From assembly GCA_000934665.2 (NCBI GenBank), contig JYFJ02002571.1:1-54578 (forward strand): a stretch of 54,578 nucleotides of DNA. Reading direction: 5' to 3'. The notes under the pieces are model-generated. The model was not told where the DNA came from. It worked only from the letters and a program-made list of their open reading frames with translations, and did no database searches. Origin of the DNA: Catajapyx aquilonaris. Taxonomy: Eukaryota. The translations under genes were made by a program, and so were the position numbers. Shown piece after piece: positions 11,960 to 22,604 of this stretch. How positions within the stretch are numbered: the first letter of the stretch is position 1; each line of letters starts with the position of its first letter.

Positions 11960-12230
11960 CCCCCCGATGGTATCTCCACCTTATCGTGGTGGTGGGGTTT
12001 GCGTTTCTCCCATGACCCCAAGAGCTATGCCGGCGGTAGCTTCGTCTACTGGTAGGGCCACCCAAGCCGGACAGGTCTTTGGGATAGGAGACAGACTAAG
12101 AGAGATGCCAGTCTTTCCTCTCTTCTTTTTCCTCTTCGTTTCTCTCTCCATCTGTCCCACCTTTGCTTCTTCTTACAGCCAGATAGCCACAGTTGCTTTG
12201 GCTTCTTCCAAATAAACCAAACCAAACCAA
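11960..12230 (+). mobile_element. Non-autonomous retroposon with RTE-5'-like structured head and (ACCAA)n tail, copy 2
   Basis: 12-bp TSD ACTGCCCTGAAA (11948-11959, 12231-12242); no tRNA A/B boxes seen; head resembles BovB/Expander-type RTE 5' UTR. Confidence 0.85.
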
Positions 12231-12799
12231 ACTGCCCTGAAAAGTGTAGTCAGTTAAACTAACATGACCATATACTGTGTAAATGTTCAGTGTGATACAA
12301 AACCGCCTCTTGTTGTGGCATAAAAAATTGTCGACTCCACGTGAAGATTGACCTCCTTTCTATACCTATAGGATAGGATTTCTAATGGATCTACTACTTG
12401 GCGATTTATTGTTTCAATCTTGCCTCTTGAAACACCTTGCACAGGGTGTCTCGTAATTCCCATCCCTTCTGGGCCTTTCTCTCAGTTTAGTATGATTAAC
12501 TGCCATCTAACTGACCCGTTTTTATTGGCTTTATGTGTTGTTGGTTACACCGTTGGCATGTGAACTCTGAAGTAAGTGCGCGTCACTCGTTAGTCTTTCT
12601 ATTGTTGTCTATGACAATGGCGGCATTCTTGGAAGCATTCCCCTTGGGAATTGTCCTGACTGTACTGCACAGTCCAGTTGTGGGTAGGGTGGAAATGACT
12701 TGCTGTATAATGATCCCAAATTCGTGTGGCTTTTTTTATATTTGGCGTACCGGTACGACAATCAGTTTAGTAAGTATTAATAATAATAATCATAATGGT

Positions 12800-13140
12800 A
12801 TATCAATGACACTCTTAGTAACAATATGGCTCGGACAAGCCAGGTCTCTGCCCCGGGCAGGCCACGAAGAAAGCTTCACGTCTTCGATGTTATTTCGCTT
12901 ACAATGCAACAGCAGCGTTAGTACCAGTAGATCAAAATAGATCTGATCTCGAGTAAATATGAGAAGATAATCGTCTTGCATTATTGCTACGCGGATAAAA
13001 CTTCCGTCTTGTAATTTCAGTGGTGCAACATGACCGAAGATAATGATTCCATATGAATGAAGGCAGGCAGTGGGTGTGTCCCAAGTTGCGAGATGATTGC
13101 GCTTGAAAAGTTGGAAAAAATATTTACAGGAGACAATTTG
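12800..13140 (-). pseudogene. Possible TARG1/OARD1-like macrodomain remnant
   Basis: Open frame FQLFKRNH...GHVAPLKLQDGSFI...YLLIFTR...LHCKRNNIEDVKL..PARGRDL resembles TARG1 (GEVAVLKRDGRYIYYLITK...[20 protein letters not shown]). Confidence 0.4.
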
Positions 13141-13639
13141 ACTTGTAGAGCAAATTAATGTTTTGCATAGGTCTAATGAACACTTCGTTTATTCACCACT
13201 AGTATGGACGTGATATTTTGGTCAGATAGCTAGATTGCATGGATAGACAGTAACTTCAATTTGTCATTTGATATCTTGACATTTTCATAGTTACAGACGC
13301 GAGCCTGAAAAAAAATGTTTTAAAGTGTGCCAACTATATTGCAAAACATTGGGTGCGAGATGGCTTATTTAACTGCAGCTGTCATGTAATTGAACTCTGT
13401 ATGACCACACATTCAGTGCTTGTTTGTATTATGTATTTCTCTGGGTTGTCCCATATCTCAGTTGGTTTAATGTTCCCATGAAGGCAAATATCCAAGCCGA
13501 CACTCGCAATATGAAAAAGGTCAATCACTTGTTGCAGAATCGGCTCTTCACCAGAAGTGTCCTTTTGGCCTCCTGCCGAGGCTCCTGGGACAATATAGTC
13601 AACGTTGAAGGCACTTGAAATATCTCATGCAGAGGGTGC

Positions 13640-13715
13640 TAGGCGTAGCTCCTCTCTTGAGTTTCTTTGGTTAGTCATCTTACAGAAGAAAATGATTTTT
13701 TTCCACAAAAACCTC
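13640..13715 (-). pseudogene. THAP-domain C-terminal remnant
   Basis: VEKNHFLL*DD*PKKLKRGATPS resembles THAP C.xHF...LK.xAVP. Confidence 0.35.
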
Positions 13716-15009
13716 TCCCTGTAATGTAACGTTTTACTTTAAAAGGGGTGTAAAGGGCTGACCAGCCAGTGCGGCTCTACAACCTCTCGTACCCTATTTA
13801 TTAACCGAGATACAAGCAAGGTACAAAATCAAACAAAATACAATATTACAAATAAGATACAATATTACAAAATCTTCTCCAGTTAGCTGTTCATCTCAGC
13901 CAAGATGTAACGTTGTACTGTATAGGTGTTTCTGGGCTAATGCTCTTCGTAGAGGTTAATTGTGTGGGATCCATTTTCCACATATTCATTTTCTGCAAGT
14001 CGGATTTTAATGAGTCGCATGTTTGTGTGACCTTTATCTGACCGCTCCACAAACTATTCAACTTTAACACTGCTTAGGACCAGGTTTCAACCAGTCCTAA
14101 AACGAATAGCTCGCATCCCTTTTCGATGTAGACTTTGCGGAACCTTTTTGAATATGGGTGCGCAGATAGGTGAGAATGGCATTTGACGGTGGACCTCTTA
14201 TTTGACGGATGTCCTTAAAATCTTTGGTTAGGACAAAAACCGCACCGTTCACCACCAGCGTTATATACAGTTTTATGGTGAATTATTTCCGACTCAGTTT
14301 TTCATCTGGGCAGGAACCTTTCCAGACGTTGATCTGACTCTTCAGTAACGTGGTTCTCATCCACTTTGAACTGAGTTAGTACTACTGGATAAGATGTGGC
14401 TGAACAACTTCTTCGGGAATCTGCACATAGTCGTATAAGCATTCATTCTTCCGCAAATCGTGATGACGGGTCCCAGCGACTTCAACATATCCACGAGATA
14501 CTCCGTTGGGCCATGATGTTCTCCAGAGAGTTGGCAAACCCTAATCCATACCCCTCCAACCAATATCTTTGGATGATTAGTCAATTAACACCACTTTACT
14601 GCAGTCATTTTCAGTCTAATCAGTTATTTGAACTATTTGGACACAGCAATTTTTTGTGTCCATGAATAATGTTGATAATCCCATTTCTCCACTGTCCCCC
14701 TCCGCGTTAAGTCCTCGAGGTCACTTTTTCTGAACCTCCAGACTCTAGACGGAGCTGTATCCTCGTGTCCCGATGAGAATCCTGCTCTGGGAATTTCAGT
14801 TGCTTCAGAACAGAATGGTGTACCAGAGACGAATCCAACTTCCCCATTCGAAGTAAATTTTATCGCCACTGACAATGGTAGGATCCCAATGCATTTCAGT
14901 GCAGAATTATTACCACTAACTTACTAATTAATTGATGATTTTGATCTTGTAGGAAAGTGGAGTCTAATTGAGTAATTCTTCAATTTTGGAAGTACTGGTG
15001 CCGTCTGGT

Positions 15010-15230
15010 GGCGGCCCCTATACATGCACTACTTCGTCGTCGCATGAATCCTTTGGCGAGCTGTTCAGATAATTGACTCTTTAATTCTGCCAGTTCAGAT
15101 GTGATGTTGAAGGTGTACACGCCATCAGGGAGCAATTTAATATCTTGCTCTATGCTGCGCGATGGAGGAAGTCCAGATGGTAATATTCCTCAGGAAAAAC
15201 TTTGGCAAACTCAGCAGTATTCTTGAATCA
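15010..15230 (-). mobile_element. Ty3/Gypsy (chromovirus-like) pol fragment, pre-RT region
   Basis: EFAKVFPE/LPSGLPPSRSIEQDIKLLPDG...SELAELKSQLSEQLAKGFMR matches the DVFPEELP.GLPP.R.IEH.I.L...ELAELK.QL.ELL.KGFIR pattern. Confidence 0.75.
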
Positions 15231-15689
15231 ACTAGGCATATCACACGGCACTATTATTTTCATTGTAGTCTGTAGCTGCCGCGCCATGTAACTCTTTCTT
15301 ATTTTGTGACTTGCGATTCAGAAGAGACTAATTTGCCTCCTTACCCTGTAATTTAGCATATCCCCTTTTGCCTAGGTGCCCTTTCAACACTTAATTACGT
15401 CGCAGTGATTAATTTTATTTAACAATAATTTTGGTCATAGTCTCATTGGTAATTGCACCAGGAAATTACTGTATGTGTCCTTGCCAGAGAAGTTCCAGGG
15501 AAGGATTTTGAGTTCCGTGTAGCCCCAATTGGCCTCGTCCAGAAGTTTTGGCCATATCTTTTCTTTCAAGCAATGATGCATGTTTCTTTTTATTGTCCAT
15601 GGTGAAGACCCAGTGTCAACCCCAACCTCCTCATGGTAATGGTATGTCATTTTAGTAATACTATATTGTGTATTATTGTGTATTACCAA

Positions 15690-16310
15690 TGCGTTGACTC
15701 CCATGTGGATCTGACTGATATGAAAATTACGAGCAATTCCAATGCTTTCTCCACTTGTGGGCCTGTTTCTTTTACAGTCCTGTGCAGGTATTTTTTTAAT
15801 AATTTGTGTGGCATCTTCCTTGACTAAACATGAAGATATTAGCTACTTATTGTTGATTGTGCCACTCTCATCGGGAAGGTTCTAGCCCGTGAACTCATGT
15901 GACTATATGAAAGTGCTCCTCTTCTTGGTTTATTTAAAAGCGAAAGAGCGTATGTTTAATGATACTGTATTTTGTCTGCTGCCTTTGAGGCACTTCCTAA
16001 TCAGACTGATCTTCTCTCTCACACACACTCACTATGGATTCTCTCTGAAATTTTGCCCTCACGTGACAGCACAAGTGCTTGACTCTCAGCGAAGCATGAT
16101 TGTTGCTACCTGCAGATTTCTTGGAATGCTCGACCTTCCTGGATGAATTTTTGTTACCTCTTAGGTGATATCAGCACTTGATCGATACAAGGAAGCTTGG
16201 TTGAGGTCATCTCACCATGTCAGATGAATTCCAACATTAAGTTTTCCCTATTTTGTTTTATCCACGTCCGGCACGTAGTTGCAACACAATATTGGCCTAA
16301 TGCTGAATTT
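15690..16310 (-). pseudogene. Crypton-type tyrosine recombinase C-terminal remnant, copy 1
   Basis: Colinear frameshifted motifs LRAGRG...SDMV / YRSSAD / KIHPGR / LQVATI / VPQ / HEFTG*NL, matching the animal YR family pattern IRGKRG..TPDM / YRGSD / LRKxVAT / RLP / EFxGKxL. Confidence 0.5.
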
Positions 16311-16922
16311 TATAAATCGCTGATAGTAGTAATCTGCCATAGGTTGTCAAGGTGTCGTGTCCGTCAGGAACAAATAATGGATTTTCTTTGTTGACACCTC
16401 CTGTACATGTTTTTCTCATGAATCCAAGTCAACTTATTGTCTGATATGACTTCCCATTTTTTTAAATTTTTTTTAAGGACACCATCTTCTGCAAGGATTC
16501 ATTTACTTTGTGCATGTCACTGATGCAGTCGTATGGAGGGTTTGTTATGGGTTGGTCAGGCCTGTTCTTGTTGCATCATACTGCTTAAAAAAACAGTCTC
16601 CATGAATAATGCCAAATGGCAACCCGAAACTGTAACATCTTGTCGCATATAAAATTATTGTACTACACATGTATAATTATTAACAGTGGATAAACTGCAG
16701 TGGTGACTAATGGTATGATTGCGGGGAAAAAGTAACTGGGTGATCTCTGATAAACTTTGAATTGAATTTCACATTCTGCTTTGATACGGATATGCTCTAT
16801 GTTGGTGGATGATTTATTTGTTACTGGTAAGCTATATGCGGAGATTATAATTGGTAGGAATAACATTTCACTCCGGACATTGTTTTGGTAGCGATGTGTT
16901 GATATCATTTCATGCATGTTGT

Positions 16923-17560
16923 TCACCGGAGTTTCTTGCACTTGGACTTTTCCCCCTTCTTTTTAGACTCGAGAGCTGCCTTCTCGGGTGTGTCCGTACT
17001 TATAGCGGTTTTCCTCCTCTTCGGTCCACGTCCGGAATCTCTTCTAGGTCCTGCCTCAGTGTAAGGACTTATAGCCCAGTCTTCACAGCTGATGTTAGGC
17101 CCAATCCTGAGACGGCCCTGGTTGGTCGTTAGATGCTTAAGCATACTGATCCTGAAAGTTCAAGTCCATTTTACAGTTACGATTTTTTTCAATGCCCATG
17201 TTCTATGAGATATAACCTAAAGAGTCTATTGGGCCTAGCTTATCTGTTGAGTCAGCGCGATCCGTTACAAAGGATTGCCCAAAATCGATGTCTCGGAAGA
17301 TGTTGGGAGTTGTGGGGGTATATTCATGTGACTGAATCAACTTACTATGTTTCCCAGGGTCACAGCAAGTGCCCCGGAAGGTCATAGATTGTCATTGTTT
17401 TTCCGGGGCTGTTTCGGAGCCAGCTATCCTATGCAGAGCTCAGGTACGGTTTCACTGGTCCATATACACTTATATCCAAAAGCTGGAGTTTATGGGAACA
17501 ATGGGGTGGAAAGGACAGGAGAACTGCGAGTATTACAACCTGCCCCACGTTCCCCTACTA
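16923..17560 (-). mobile_element. pogo/Tigger (DDE_1) transposon remnant, internally deleted
   Basis: VLLSFPPHCSHKLQLLDISVYGPVK...WLRNSPGKTMTIYDLPG...NIFRDIDFGQSFVTDR...AGPRR...TAISTDTPEK; TIR-like TAGTAGGGGAACGTGGGGCAGGTTGTAA directly upstream. Confidence 0.88.
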
Positions 17561-18579
17561 TAAGGCAAATGAAATCTTCCGTTCGGTCAGCCATCAATGC
17601 CTCTTTTTGAAAGATAAAATGATCCGTTTTCGATATTTTACTACAGACTTAAGAACCATTCTTCGTAACTTGATGCATTATTCCTCCTATGATACACATT
17701 TACCAGGTATACTACATTGTGGGCAAATGAAACGTGACAAATGATGAGTGTTTTCCAAAGCGTAGCGTATTTTTAAATATTTTCCTGCAACATACAGTAT
17801 GCATGGATCTCGTACATGTTGCCATATTTGGGGGTCCATGATATTCTTCGTCACTGCTCCCATGCAGCTAATGTGTGTCTACATGACTTCAGAATTGGTA
17901 CCATGACGTCTTCATCATTATACGAAAATAAATGGAACTTAGGCTGTATTCTTGCCCATACATTTTATGCAATGAGGAAATTACACGCGCTGGTGTCACT
18001 GCCAGTTCATGAGACAATTTTGGGGCCAGGAAGGTATGTAGCGGCAGGCAGCTCAGGGGATGCAGATGCATATGCCAAATATTAATGGCCTTCCCCTCTC
18101 TCATTTAGTTTTTCTCCTCCCGTTCGTCTGGGTACAGGGGGAAAAAATGATGACGCAGCAGGGAACGACAATGAAACAATTGCCATGCAACCAGCCAACA
18201 GCAGCATCCTCATCGAAATATCCCCTTTTGTCTAGGTGCCCTTTCAACACTTAATTACGTCGCAGTGATTAATTTTATTTACTCTATACACAATAATTTT
18301 GGTCATAGAGTCTCATTGTTAATTGTACCAGGAAATTACTGTATGTGTCCTTGCCGGAGAAGTTCTAGGAAAAGATTTTGAGTTCCGTGTAGCCCCAATA
18401 ATTGGCCTCGTCCAGAAGTTTTGGCCATATCTTTTCTTTCAAGCAATGAGGCATATTTTTTTAATTGTACATGGTGAAGACACAGTATCAACCCCAACCT
18501 CCTCATTGGTAATGGTATGTCATTTTAGTAATCCTATATTGTGTACTTTTTACGTGATACGTTTTACCAATGCGTTGAC

Positions 18580-19185
18580 TCCCATGTGGATCTGACTGTT
18601 ATATGAAAATTACGAACAATTTTAATGCTTTCACCACTTTTCTTGTGGGCCTGTTTCTCTTACAGTCCTGTGCGGGCATTTTAAAAATAATTTATGGGGA
18701 ATCTTCCTTGACTAAGCATGAAGATATTAGCTACTAATTTGTTGATTGTGCCACACTCATCATTAAGGTTCTAGCCCGTGAACTCATGTGACTACAGTAT
18801 ATGAAAGCGGTCCTCCTCTTGGCTTATAAAAGCGAAGGAGCTTACGTATTTTTAATGATATTTTGTCTGCTGCCTTTGAGGCACTTGCTAATCAAACTGA
18901 TCTCTCACTCACTCACTATATGCATATTCTCTCTGAAATTATGCACTCGATTGGAAGTACAAGTGTTTGACTTTCAGCGTGGCGTGTGTGATTGTTGCTA
19001 CCTGCAGATTTCTTGGAATGCTGGGAAGGGAGGCCTTCCTGGATGAATTTTTGTTGCCTCTCAGGTGATATCAGTTCTTGATCGATACAATGAAGCTTGA
19101 TTGAGGTCACCATGTCAGATGAATTCAAAAATTTAGTTTTCCCCATTGTTTTATCCACGTCCGGCACGTAGTTGCAACACATTAT
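18580..19185 (-). pseudogene. Crypton-type tyrosine recombinase remnant, copy 2 (duplicate of copy 1)
   Basis: LQVATIT, VPQ, KIRKLL, HEFTG*NLNDE in order. Confidence 0.5.
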
Positions 19186-19232
19186 TGGCCTAATACTGCA
19201 TTTTATAAATCGCTGATAGTAGTAATATGCCA

Positions 19233-19425
19233 TCCGTTAAAGTTCTGCCTTACAGATATCTTGGCTACCTAGCGGCTAGCTCGCAGCATGACCTCGCTGG
19301 CAAGGTAGCAGCCAGCTATCTGCTGACCCAACCGCATACTAGCGGATGTGTCATTTGGCCAGGTCGCCGCTAGGTGGGCAGCGAGGTAGACGCGAGGTAA
19401 TTAGGCGAGGTAGTCGCAACCCATG
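19233..19425. mobile_element. Inserted fragment with GCGAGGTA sub-repeats (DNA-transposon subterminal-like)
   Basis: Absent from duplication unit 1; several GCGAGGTA/ACCTCGC motifs. Confidence 0.45.
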
Positions 19426-19919
19426 TAGATATGACTTCCCATTTTTTTAGGACACCATATCATCTTCTGCAAGAATTCATTTACTTTGTGCATGCCACTG
19501 ATGCAGTCGTATAGAGGGTTTGTTATGGGTTGGTCAGGCCTGTTCTTGTTGCATCATACTGCTTAAAAAAAAACAAGTCTCCATGAATAATGCCAAATGG
19601 CAACCCGAAACTGTAACATCTTGTCGCATATAAAAGTATTGTACTACACATGTATAGTGTATGGATAATTATTAACATGTGGATAAACTGCAGTGGTGAC
19701 TAATGGTATGAATTGTGGGGAAAAAGTAACTGGGTGATCTCTGATGAACTTTGAATTGAAGTTCACGTTCTGCTTTGGTACGAATATGCTCTATGTTGGT
19801 GGATGGTTTATTTGTTACCGGTAAGATTATAATGGGTAGGAATAACATTTCACTCCAGACATTGTTTAAGCAGCTGTGTTTGATATCATTTCATGCAGAT
19901 TGTTCACCGGAGTTTCTTG

Positions 19920-20330
19920 TACTTAGAATTTCCCCCTCCACCTTGTTAGACTCGAGAGCTGCCTTGTCGGGTGTGTCCGTGCTTATAGCGGTATTCCTCC
20001 TCTTCGGTCCACGTCCGGAATCTCTTCTAGGCTTCACAGCTGATGTTAGATGGTCGTTAGATGCTTATGCATATACTGATCCTGAAAGTTCAAGTCCATT
20101 TTACAGTTACGAGTTTTTTCAATGCCCATGTGCTATAAGATATAACCTAAAGAGTTTATTGGGCCTAGCTTATCTGTTGAGTCAGCGCGATCCGTTACGA
20201 AGGATGGCCAAAAATCGATGTCTCGGAAGATGTTGGGAGTTGTAGGGGTATATTCATGTGACTCCTAAGCCACTTACAATGTTTCCCAGGGTCACAGCAA
20301 GTGTCCCGGAAGGTCATAGATTGTCATTGT
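19920..20330 (-). mobile_element. pogo transposase remnant, duplicate copy
   Basis: Near-identical to 16930-17400. Confidence 0.8.
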
Positions 20331-21244
20331 TTTTTGTTTTGGTATCATGTGTGCATTTTACTTTCGACTCTTGTGATAAGAAATGTTAAATCTTTCAGAC
20401 GGACATATGCGGGGGTTTCAGGGGGAAATAATTTTAAATTTCGTTACTCATAGAGCCATTCGGTTTGAATTTTGACAACTATGTAATCTTTTAATGTCTT
20501 GGTACAAATATTCCGTTTCATTCCTTAACAATGTGGAATTATGAAAATTGCTGCCACGCAATCAAGAGATGTGTAATTCCAAAATTATGTTTTACGACTT
20601 TTCGTTCGAGTGACAAATTTCACGCGTTGTAAAGAGTCTTGGTGGTCTGTTATGTCTATGGTATTGTAGAATCATGTGGAATAATATTTTGAATGACTTC
20701 AGAACCATTCTTCGTAACTTGGTGCATTTTCCTACCATGATAAACATTTTCCTACCATGATACACATTTACCAGGTATGCTACATTGTGGGCAAACTTGA
20801 AACGTGACAAGTGATGGGTGTGTTTTCCAAAGCTTTGTGTATTTTAAATATTCTTCTGCATCATAACAGTATGTATGGATCTCATACATGTTGCCATATT
20901 TGGGGGTCCATGATACTCTTCGTCACTGCGGCCATGCAGCTAATGTGTGTCTTCATGACTTCATAATGTGGGTCCAATTTTTTAAGGAGGTACGTTGGAT
21001 CTGAAGAGCAAGTCCGCTGAAGGGCTGTTTAATTCCCTGTGTCTGGACTCTGTTCATCATGTTGGATTTCCTCTAACGCAATGTATTAAAGCCAGTCAAT
21101 GAAATATTCGGTGAGAGAAAGCAAAAGTGTCAGTCTGTCAGATGCTGTATTCATATGGGAAAAATTAGTCAGATGTTGACCAAGTTTGCTGCTCTAACTT
21201 CTATGGTGTGGTATACACCATCGCTACATGCCACATCTACCACA

Positions 21245-21360
21245 TTGGTGGAAGAGCAGGAGTCGGATGTTGCCACCTGCATTTGGATGGTGCCACGTTT
21301 GACATGTCCTGATTGCAGCGGAGTCGTCATGCTTCATCAGAAAGTTTCTCATCAGTTTTG
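21245..21360 (+). mobile_element. Possible hAT C-terminal dimerisation domain remnant
   Basis: WWKSRSRMLP...(frameshift) ASSESFSS resembles WW....P.L...ASSERxFS. Confidence 0.35.
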
Positions 21361-22604
21361 ATTTTATATTTCAATCCCAAGGTTCAAGGGTAAGATGTCA
21401 CCTCCTCTCGGTTCAGTTTGCTGTAATTAAGATCTCTACTCTTTTTTTATATGCATCTTCAAGCTCGATAATTTTGTGGCGCATTGTGGTGTGTCAGGTA
21501 GGCGAGAGCTGTAGGTATTGTACCCTTTATGCTAGGATGCTCGCCTTCTGTCCAGGTTGTTATTTTGGGTGTGAAACCCCTTGCTGATTTGAGGACATAA
21601 ATGTGCGTCTGGATCTTCTTTAATCAATGCGTCTATCTTTTCTTGGGAATCAGCTCCTCCTCGTATTATTTTGAATTACTGTTTCCAAAATGTAGCAAAT
21701 ATGGCTGGAGTAAGAAGTTACACAGTGATTATTGACAGCGTTGGAAACATTGTTGACTTTGAACTAGTTTGTTGATGCAATAAAGTATGAAAGTGAACTT
21801 GAAAGGGTCATTGTCGGTTATGGTTTTTGGTCCTCAAGTCATAGTAGTCCTCAATGCAATGTAGGATGAATGTGCTTGACGTCGCATCGTTTCTCACAGC
21901 TCGGATGGAAGGGAAGGGAGGAGACATCTCTCGGCCCAAAGGCGAGGGTTGTTTTAATGATATTTTTTTCATGGAAGGGCTTGTTGTGAGCCACAAGAGT
22001 GTCTTGCATCCCAAAAGCATTGCATATTAGTTCGAACCGTAAGGGTTTATCATCTTCATCCATCTTCCGGATGTCTGCCATCAGGGCAAGAAAATAGTAA
22101 TGTTATCATGACTGCTGTCATTTTGTGGCATTATTTGTTCGTGATGGATTTAAAATTATTATTATTTGGACATTCAAAGTCTTTGACCAATATTAGTCGT
22201 AAACGAGTGTCGTCTTGAGAGTTCACTCTTGATGACGTTAAGGACACAGGAAATGGCCCATCTGGAAGTGAGCAAAGCAACGGTTTGATTCAATAAGCAT
22301 AATAATGCACCGGAACCTGCAAATAGAAGCTGTTGCTCTTTATCAGCAGCATGAATAGTAACTGCTTACTTCTTGCATCGTATAAATGGGTAGCTCCTTC
22401 CAGTTTTATTTTGCGCAATAAGAGCCCTATAGAGCATAGAGATCTAGGGTTGATCTGGTTTTCCGTCTCGTCCTAATGTGTCCATATGTGACCTTTCTTT
22501 TTGCATTCGTTCCAAGTAGTGCTAGCACTGTTCAAAGTACACGAATGTTCGTAGTATATTCCTGTATGAATCTATGATGTGAATTTTTTGCAAGCCATTG
22601 GAGG

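Larger units (their letters stand above)
15358..20963. repeat. Tandem segmental duplication: unit 1 15358-17891, unit 2 18218-20963
   Basis: Both start ATATCCCCTTTTG.CTAGGTGCCCTTTCAACAC and end CTAATGTGTGTCT.CATGACTTCA; colinear with indels; unit 2 has replacements at ~19233-19425 and ~20332-20695. Confidence 0.95.

Noticed and set aside
20770..20810. Polinton pPolB Exo II motif (FAHNVAY)
   Set aside because: Lacks the following catalytic D and any other PolB motifs.
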